Shown here: piece by piece, positions 57,892 through 64,000 of the stretch
Position numbering within the stretch: position 1 is the first letter of the stretch
How the letters are laid out: each line of letters starts with the position of its first letter
NCBI GenBank assembly: GCA_038245845.1
Contig: JBBRRZ010000019.1
Coordinates: 158 to 64,157, forward strand
Direction of reading: 5' to 3'
Source: Candidatus Limnocylindrales bacterium
Lineage (GTDB): Bacteria; Chloroflexota; Limnocylindria; Limnocylindrales; CSP1-4
Length of the DNA stretch: 64,000 nucleotides
Notes under the pieces: model-generated
Told to the model about the DNA's origin: nothing
Seen by the model: the letters and a program-made list of their open reading frames with translations, nothing else
Database searches by the model: none
Program-made: the position numbers and the translations under genes

Positions 57892-58314
57892 GCCCTGAGC
57901 GTACCGGCGCCGTCCGGATCCCGCCGCGGGCACGGGATGGGGCGGATTCCCTGGTGCGGCGATGGTCTCGGGGGCACCGGGGCCTGATGGTCCCGGCGGT
58001 GCCAGCGTGCGCCAGACCATCGCCCACCACTCCCCCCTGACCCGCGACCCATTGCCTTCCACGGCGGCTACCCGTACGTTGAGCCTCGCGTTCGCACGCA
58101 CCGATCCCGCGACACACCGGGGGCAACCTGGGGCGTCGGCCACGGATCACAGGACCGGACGACCCGGCCGTCGGGGACGCTTGACGAGCCCGGGGGAACC
58201 GAAGCCCTCGATCACGAGCCGAGTAACCACGGCGATCCGGCCAGCAGGCCCGAGTCGCGGGTCGGTAGCACTGATCCGTCGTCATCCGTGCCTCCGGCGT
58301 TCTTGCCGGGGGCA

Positions 58315-58382
58315 CGTTCGTGTCCGAGCCGCGTTCGTGTCCGAGCCGCGTTCGTGTCCGCGGCGCGCTCGTGTTCGGGACC
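58315..58382. repeat. Four tandem 17-bp units CGTTCGTGTCCGAGCCG (last two degenerate)
   Basis: Units at 58315-58331, 58332-58348, 58349-58365 and 58366-58382. Abuts the stop codon of the J-domain gene. Confidence 0.85.
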
Positions 58383-59180
58383 CTACCGGAACGGGTTCGA
58401 CTGCCAGCCCGGCCGTGGTGGCCGCTGGGTCCGGACGATCCCCCGCCGGTCGAGCTCGTCGCGGATGACCCGTGCGGCCAGCGTCAGCTCCGGGTCCCGG
58501 GTGACGGTGCCGGCCAGCCAGTCGATGTACGAGGGCTCGAAGGCCGCGATCTCACCCAGCGTGTGGCCGTGGAACTTGCCGAAGTCGACCTCGATCGCCA
58601 CGGCCCCGTCGAGCGACGGCGTCGCGGGCGCCACGTAGCGCGGGTCGCGCCGGATCTCCATGGGACCCGATGGCTGCGAGGCGCGGAGCTCGCGCTCGGA
58701 CCGGCCCCAGCGCCTCGGTGGCTGCCCGGTGAGGGGAATCCTGGTCCCGGGCGGCGTGATGGTCTGGTTGTGCGGATGGACGTTCCCCGACAGGTCGAGG
58801 CGACCGGTGACGGGGCGCGTGCGCGGCGGGGGCGGCGGGCCACCTTCGGGGCGCGTGCCCGGACCCGCGGCCGTGCCATTGCGTCGCCCCGCCTTCGTGG
58901 AGCTGCCGGGGCCGCCCGGGCCCTGCCACGTCCCCCCGTCCGAGTCGGCATCGTTTGCCCGCGTACGCCGACCCTCGTGGGTCACCCCTGCGCGCGTGAG
59001 CGCCGCGTAGGCGGTGTTGATCTCGGCCATCCGGCGCGTCGCCCGGCGTGCGGTCTCCGGGTCGTCGCCGATCAGGTCCGGGTGATGACGCCGCGCCAGG
59101 CCACGCCAGGCGGTCTTGATGTCGTCAGGGCTTGCGCCGGGCTCGATGCCGAGCACGAGGTACGGGTCCTTGGAAGGCAC
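58383..59180 (-). CDS. J-domain (DnaJ-like) protein with Pro/Gly-rich linker and uncharacterised C-terminal domain
   Basis: DPYLVLGIEPGASPDDIKTAWRGLARRHHPDL (HPD motif). Confidence 0.8.
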   Translation of the reverse strand: MPSKDPYLVLGIEPGASPDDIKTAWRGLARRHHPDLIGDDPETARRATRRMAEINTAYAALTRAGVTHEGRRTRANDADSDGGTWQGPGGPGSSTKAGRRNGTAAGPGTRPEGGPPPPPRTRPVTGRLDLSGNVHPHNQTITPPGTRIPLTGQPPRRWGRSERELRASQPSGPMEIRRDPRYVAPATPSLDGAVAIEVDFGKFHGHTLGEIAAFEPSYIDWLAGTVTRDPELTLAARVIRDELDRRGIVRTQRPPRPGWQSNPFR

Positions 59181-59291
59181 GCGTCGAGTGTAGCCCGCAC
59201 CACGACGCGCTCCGACCCGCAGACAGTGCGCGACCTGTGAGTGTCGCCGATGGTGCTTGACAACCCGGGCCGCGCACGGTCACCTGTGGTC

Positions 59292-60383
59292 ATGACCCCG
59301 CTCCGCCGGGTCCGCCGTGCGGGCCTCATCGCCGCCCTGACCGCGCTGCCGCTCGCGGCGGCCTACCGGTTCGCGCTGGTGTACCGCGTCCGCGCCGGGT
59401 ATCCGCGCCGGCACCCGCCGACCCAGGCGCCCGACGCCCTCGGGCTGCCGTTCGAGACCCTCGAGATCCCTTCGAGCGACGGCGTCTCGCTGCAGGCCTG
59501 GTACATCCCCGCGGGGTCCGAGCCAGCGCCGGGCGTGGTCCTGGTGCACGGCTGGGAGTCCTCGCGTGACCGGACGCTGCCGCACGCCCAGGTCCTCCGT
59601 GCAATCGGGATGCATGTGCTCACGATCGACGTGCGGGGCCACGGCGCCAACGCTCGCGAGGAGCTGCCGATGTCCGTCGGCGAGTACGCTGCCGACACCC
59701 GGGCCGCGGTCGCCGCGCTGCGCCGCCGGCCGGAGGTCACGACGATCGGCGTCCTCGGCCACTCGATGGGTGCCGCTGGCTCGCTCGTGGCAACCGCGGC
59801 CGACCCCACCATCGATGCCGTGATCGCGGTCGCGACGCCGGCCGATCCCGCGCGCCTCACCCGCCAGACCTTCCGGCTCGCCAGGCTGCCGATCCCCGAC
59901 CCGATCGCGTGGCCCCTCGCGTGGTTGACGACGCGCGTCTACCTGCGGCCTCGCGGGCATACGATGCGCTCGATCAGCGCGACCGAGGCGGTGCGCGCCA
60001 TCGAGCAGCCGGTGATGCTCGTCCACGGGACGGATGATGGGGTCGTGCCCGTGACCGACCTCGCCCGGCTCGCTGCCGCCCGCCGCGCGGCACGGCCCGC
60101 CGCGCTGACCGAGACCCTGGTCGTCGAGGGCGGGCGGCACTCGTGGCTGTACGAGTTCCCGGCGTACCGGGCGGCCATCGCGCGGTTCCTGGCCCGGACG
60201 CTGGGCGGCAGCCTGACGCCGGATGCGGCGGCAGCCATCGCCCGCGCGGTGCCCGCCATCCGCCCGCCGGACCCGGAGCGGCTCACCACGCTCGACGAGG
60301 AGCCCGGCGGTTTGCGCTCCCTCTCTCGCGTTGCGCGCCGCAGCGAGAGCGCCGCCACGCCGCCGGATTCGACCGCTGCCTGA
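59292..60383 (+). CDS. Alpha/beta hydrolase (membrane-anchored, S9/BAAT-like)
   Basis: VVLVHGWES, VLGHSMGAAGS (GxSxG), HGTDDGVVP. Start ambiguous among 59241, 59250 and 59292. Confidence 0.75.
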   Translation: MTPLRRVRRAGLIAALTALPLAAAYRFALVYRVRAGYPRRHPPTQAPDALGLPFETLEIPSSDGVSLQAWYIPAGSEPAPGVVLVHGWESSRDRTLPHAQVLRAIGMHVLTIDVRGHGANAREELPMSVGEYAADTRAAVAALRRRPEVTTIGVLGHSMGAAGSLVATAADPTIDAVIAVATPADPARLTRQTFRLARLPIPDPIAWPLAWLTTRVYLRPRGHTMRSISATEAVRAIEQPVMLVHGTDDGVVPVTDLARLAAARRAARPAALTETLVVEGGRHSWLYEFPAYRAAIARFLARTLGGSLTPDAAAAIARAVPAIRPPDPERLTTLDEEPGGLRSLSRVARRSESAATPPDSTAA

Positions 60384-60426
60384 CCACCACCGCGTACCTG
60401 GCACTGCCCGAGGAGCGACACGCCCG

Positions 60427-60954
60427 ATGAACGCCTGGGACATCATCCGCACCAAGCGCGCCGTACGTTCGTTCGAGGACCGGCCGCTCGCGCCCGAGCA
60501 CCTCGACCGGATCATCGCGGCTGGTCGGCGCGCGCACAGCTCGAAGAACCTGCAGCGTTGGGGCTTCGTGATCGTCGAGGACCGTGATCGGCTGCGGGCG
60601 ATGTCGACCCTCGGGCCGTACGCCGGGCACGTCGCCGGGGCGGCCGCAGCGATCGCACTCGTCACCCCGGACCCGCGGGCACCGGACGCTCCGCTGAGCG
60701 TCGTCTGGGACCTCGGTGGTGCCGCCGCGCAGATGATGATCGTCGCGTGGGAGCTGGGCGTCGGCAGCTGTCCGGCGACGGTCTACGAGCACGCCACGGC
60801 CCGCGACATCCTCGGCTACCCCGCGGACATGGAGTGCGAGTACATCCTCTCGTTCGGCTACCCCGCGGATCCGTCGGTCATGACGAACCCGCCGCGGGCC
60901 GGCGGCCGGCGGGCCCAGGACGAGGTCCTGCATCGGGAGCGCTGGGACAGCTGA
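60427..60954 (+). CDS. Nitroreductase-family protein
   Basis: IIRTKRAVRSFEDRPL, AGRRAHSSKNLQRW. About 175 aa. Confidence 0.85.
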   Translation: MNAWDIIRTKRAVRSFEDRPLAPEHLDRIIAAGRRAHSSKNLQRWGFVIVEDRDRLRAMSTLGPYAGHVAGAAAAIALVTPDPRAPDAPLSVVWDLGGAAAQMMIVAWELGVGSCPATVYEHATARDILGYPADMECEYILSFGYPADPSVMTNPPRAGGRRAQDEVLHRERWDS

Positions 60955-61104
60955 TCGGCGGCCGCGCTCTCCGCGGGCCGACCCGCCTCGCCTTGCGCCG
61001 CCCAGCGGCGACAGGGTTCCGCGCAGCAACGAATCCGCCGCCCAGCGACCGGAACCGTAGCGCCTCGCAGCGACCGAACGCCGTCCAGCGACCGGGCACC
61101 GTCG

Positions 61105-62388
61105 TCAGCTCGGCGCGTCGCCCGCCCAGTCCAGGTCGTCCGCCTCGACGTCCAGGGTGTCCAGCACGATGTCGAGCCCGACGCCCGTCCGCTCGGGCGC
61201 GGGTGCCCCCTCGACCAGGTACGACTCGATTGCCGCCTGCAGCCCGACGTCGTAGTCGGCCTGCTCCGAGAGCAGCCACTTGTGCTCCAGGACGTCGCAG
61301 TACGCCTGGACGAGGTCCCGGTCCTGACCCACGAGGCCCGAGATCTGCGCCAGCGTCGGCCGGTAGACGTCCCGCAGCCAGCGTTCAGCGGCCTCCTCGG
61401 CATCGATTGGCACCGCCCGCCGCTCGAAGTACTCGAGCCAGGCGGTGTACTCCGCGAGGTCGTTGAGCAGGATCCACGCCTGCCCCTCCAATGTCCGCAG
61501 CCGGGTCCGGCGCTCCAGCTCGTTCGCGTGGTAGCGCCGGGTCGTGACCGACGTCCGCAGCAGCACCGAGCCCGCGGGACCAACCGGGTCCACCTCGAGG
61601 TCCACGGAGAACCCGAGGTCGTTGAGCCGGCGCAGCCGGGCACGGATCGTCTGGCGGTCGCCCGGGATGAGGTCCGGCTGCTCGTAGAGCTCGGCCCACA
61701 CCGCCTCGTAGCGCGAGCGAACCCACTCGGCCCCTTCGATCGCGCTCTCGACCTCGTCCTCGCGACCCTGGAATGCCGCGAGGTCCGCGAGGCCGAAGGC
61801 AACGTTCTCCACGAGGATGTCGAGGTCGAACCGCCGCTGCCCATCGGAAAGGCTGGGATACACCGCGGACGTCTCGGCATCGACGAGATAGGCCTGGATC
61901 CGGTCCCCGTCCCGCCGGAACAGCGTGTTGGCGAGCGAGCAGTCGCCCCAGTACACGCCGCCGCGGTGGAGGTCGACGAGCAGCAGCGCCATCGCGTCCA
62001 GCAGGCGGTCGCGATACGCCGGCGACACGGCCCGGAAGCGCATCAGCAGCCGCCGGTACTGCATCGAGTGGCGCAGGTACTCGGTCACCAGCACGGCGTC
62101 GCCAAGGTCCTCCCGGACCGAGAGCCCGAGGGCGCGCACGGCGGGCAAGCCCGCGTCCTCGAGGTGGCGGAGGACCCGGAACTCCGTCTCCGCGACCCCG
62201 ACCGGAAGCTCCTTGAGCGCGTAGACGCGGCCATCCGCGACGAGGAACCGGACGAGATGCCGCGACGGCCCGACCGGCAGCTCCCGGAACACGAGGGTCG
62301 ACGCGTCCCAGGTGCGCAGCGGCAGCTCCCACGGCAGGTCCAGCAGGCCCGCGACCTCGTCGCGCAGGCGGAGACGCGGGAGGGTCAT
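61105..62388 (-). CDS. DUF4032-domain protein with N-terminal Kdo/RIO-like kinase fold
   Basis: YALKELP, LVTEYL, DLHRGGVYWGDCSLANTLF. Long C-terminal DUF4032-like region. ATG at 62388. Confidence 0.75.
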   Translation of the reverse strand: MTLPRLRLRDEVAGLLDLPWELPLRTWDASTLVFRELPVGPSRHLVRFLVADGRVYALKELPVGVAETEFRVLRHLEDAGLPAVRALGLSVREDLGDAVLVTEYLRHSMQYRRLLMRFRAVSPAYRDRLLDAMALLLVDLHRGGVYWGDCSLANTLFRRDGDRIQAYLVDAETSAVYPSLSDGQRRFDLDILVENVAFGLADLAAFQGREDEVESAIEGAEWVRSRYEAVWAELYEQPDLIPGDRQTIRARLRRLNDLGFSVDLEVDPVGPAGSVLLRTSVTTRRYHANELERRTRLRTLEGQAWILLNDLAEYTAWLEYFERRAVPIDAEEAAERWLRDVYRPTLAQISGLVGQDRDLVQAYCDVLEHKWLLSEQADYDVGLQAAIESYLVEGAPAPERTGVGLDIVLDTLDVEADDLDWAGDAPS

Positions 62389-62419
62389 CGCGGGCGATCC
62401 CGGGTCCGGAAGAGCTGGC

Positions 62420-62860
62420 TCAGGGGCGCTTGCGCAGGTACGTCGTGACCGTCGCGTCGTAGCCCACGGCCTCGAACAGCTGGCGCGCATCGGGCCGGTG
62501 ATGGCCGGCCGTCACTTCGAGGAAGGCAATCCCCTCCTCGCGCCCCACGCGCTCGACATCGGCGAGCAGCGCCTTCGCGATCCCGCGCTCGCGGGCACCC
62601 GGGTCCACGACCACGGTGATGAGGCGGATGAACCAGTCCTCCGTCTCGAAGCGGGGCACGAGATGGAAGGCAACGAAGCCCAGCACCTCCCCGGCCTGCT
62701 CCGCAACGAGCACGCGGGAGTCCGCGCTCCCGAAGCGGGCGATGCGGCGCGCGAGGTCGCTCGGACCGGCCGGGTAGCCCTCGTCGGTCAGGAGGGCGGC
62801 GAGGCGGTCCGCGTCCTCCTCGGTGGCCGGGCGGATCTGGAGCGTGGCGACGTCGTTCAT
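62420..62860 (-). CDS. GNAT-family N-acetyltransferase
   Basis: VVVDPGARERGIAKALLADVERVGREEG. ATG at 62860 overlaps the upstream stop (ATGA). Confidence 0.8.
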   Translation of the reverse strand: MNDVATLQIRPATEEDADRLAALLTDEGYPAGPSDLARRIARFGSADSRVLVAEQAGEVLGFVAFHLVPRFETEDWFIRLITVVVDPGARERGIAKALLADVERVGREEGIAFLEVTAGHHRPDARQLFEAVGYDATVTTYLRKRP

Positions 62861-63591
62861 GGCGCGATGGTATCCCCGTCGGCCGCACGGTTCGAGGAGC
62901 GACTGATGTCGACGACGAGGATGTGCGGCCCCGCGACCGGCCCGCCGACCACCAGCCGCGCGGCGCCCAGCGGCCCGATCCGGCGGGCGCTCAGCCGCAC
63001 GCCACGTTCCCGGGCCCGGCGCGCCCACGCCTCGAGCCCGTCAGCGGGTCGCAGGTACAACGCACACGGTCCCTCGGCGTCGCGCACGAGCGAGGCCGCG
63101 AGCCGACCCTCCGTGCTCGGCTCGAGGAGCACGATGGACTCGCCCGGCAGGCCACCACCGGCGAAGACGCGGCCGCGTGCGCCGAGCGGCGCGTCAACGG
63201 AATCGGCGGCCGAACCCCCGACCCCGGGCCGGCTGCGGATGCAAGGCCCGAGCCACGGAGCGAGCTCCATCTCGGCCCGGTCAAGCTCCACGGTCGCCCA
63301 GCCGACGGCGGCGAGCGTCAGGGTCGACGACGGCAAACCCGCGCCCGCGCCGGGCGGCTCTTCCCCACCGGGTACCGGCTCGAGCACGAGGCGGCCACCG
63401 GCCAACGGATCGTCGGCCGGCGACTCCCGCACCCAGGGCCGGATCTCGAGCACGGCGGACACGAGGTCGATCGAGATGGCCCCGGGCGCTCCACCACCCT
63501 CACGCGCGACGACGCCCAGGCGTGCCGCAAGCGAGGCGGCGATCTCAGTCGGGTCCGCTGCCTGCCAGGTCAGGCGTGCCCAGAGGGTCAT
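62857..63591 (-). CDS. Hypothetical protein (possibly glyoxalase/VOC-like)
   Basis: 244-aa ORF with ATGA overlaps at both ends. No clear motifs. Confidence 0.4.
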   Translation of the reverse strand: MTLWARLTWQAADPTEIAASLAARLGVVAREGGGAPGAISIDLVSAVLEIRPWVRESPADDPLAGGRLVLEPVPGGEEPPGAGAGLPSSTLTLAAVGWATVELDRAEMELAPWLGPCIRSRPGVGGSAADSVDAPLGARGRVFAGGGLPGESIVLLEPSTEGRLAASLVRDAEGPCALYLRPADGLEAWARRARERGVRLSARRIGPLGAARLVVGGPVAGPHILVVDISRSSNRAADGDTIAP

Positions 63592-64000
63592 TCGAGCAGG
63601 AGGTCCGGCGCCTCGCCGATCGAGCGGAACCCCAGCCGGTCGTACAGGCGGATCGCGGGCCCATTGCCACTGAACACGCCGAGGTAGGCCATCCGCGACG
63701 CCCGGCCGCCGCCGGCGACGATGGCGTGCCGCGTCACCAGCCCGCCGAGGCCGCGACCGCGGTACGCGTCGCGCGTGCCGATCGACGACACGTACGTCAG
63801 TCCGTCAAAGGTCGTCGCCTTCGCCGCCGCCGCCGGCTCGCCGTCGACCCGCGCCAACACGAGGGCGATGCGCGGGTCGTCCAGCGTGCGGTGCATGTCG
63901 GCCGCCAGCTCCGCAGCTCGCCCGGGCGCTGCCGCGAAGGACTCGGCGAGGACGAGCGCCACGTCCTCGATGTCACCGGCGGCGGCGTCGGAAGCACGGG
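63588..64000 (-). CDS. GNAT-family N-acetyltransferase, 5' end beyond the window
   Basis: IGTRDAYRGRGLGGLVTRHAI...RLYDRLGF. The reading frame stays open to the window edge. Confidence 0.6.
   Translation of the reverse strand, partial: RASDAAAGDIEDVALVLAESFAAAPGRAAELAADMHRTLDDPRIALVLARVDGEPAAAAKATTFDGLTYVSSIGTRDAYRGRGLGGLVTRHAIVAGGGRASRMAYLGVFSGNGPAIRLYDRLGFRSIGEAPDLLLE

Noticed and set aside
57892-58150. Cobalamin riboswitch upstream of the lipoprotein and B12-dependent mutase genes.
   Set aside because: I could not find a B12 box (AGCCAGGAGACCTGCC-like) or the GGGAA..GGTG..AATCC core on either strand. Only vague resemblances such as GTGGAAGGC were seen.

Overview
Very GC-rich, gene-dense chromosomal segment, actinobacterium-like or Chloroflexota-like by gene content (taxonomy not testable here). 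Coding frames were picked by family motifs and third-position GC. About 70 genes are supported, mostly on the minus strand. Many are joined by 4-nt ATGA/GTGA stop-start overlaps, which suggests translational coupling. The ORF track writes GTG and TTG starts as M, and many long ORFs are antisense shadows, so several starts were trimmed by hand. Contents in order: class-III aminotransferase; ECF sigma plus ZAS/RskA anti-sigma; TPR-rhomboid; SRAP; a tadE-tadE-tadG trio; an M16 peptidase pair; TM2 protein; ArsR regulator with a conserved operator pair; CopC plus a large membrane protein; carA-carB; a protease/Gly-rich protein/OmpR-type response regulator (RR)/histidine kinase (HK) module; GT39 glycosyltransferase; a Tat-dependent [NiFe]-hydrogenase operon (small, large, cytochrome b, maturation protease, heptaheme cytochrome c); tRNA-Lys(CUU); YpfJ; GNAT; aldehyde dehydrogenase; thiolase; hybrid HK-RR; hbd; meaB; B12-binding mutase subunit; folE; HDAC-family enzyme; hydrolases; threonine dehydratase; ArsR-thioredoxin; a stand-alone CarH-like B12 module; acyl-CoA mutase large subunit; J-domain protein; nitroreductase; DUF4032; GNATs. 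No transposase, integrase, CRISPR array or rRNA was seen. Most interesting: (1) the hydrogenase operon ends in a translationally coupled, membrane-anchored heptaheme cytochrome c, and its subunits carry non-canonical residues at usually invariant positions; (2) the split acyl-CoA mutase has the Phe/Gln signature of isobutyryl-CoA mutase rather than methylmalonyl-CoA mutase; (3) a DNA-binding-domain-less CarH-like B12 module; (4) an ArsR operator pair; (5) a carA leader with a uORF and duplicated PyrR-like hairpins; (6) several intergenic short-tandem or phased repeat arrays. All homology calls are by eye from motifs. No database search was run.
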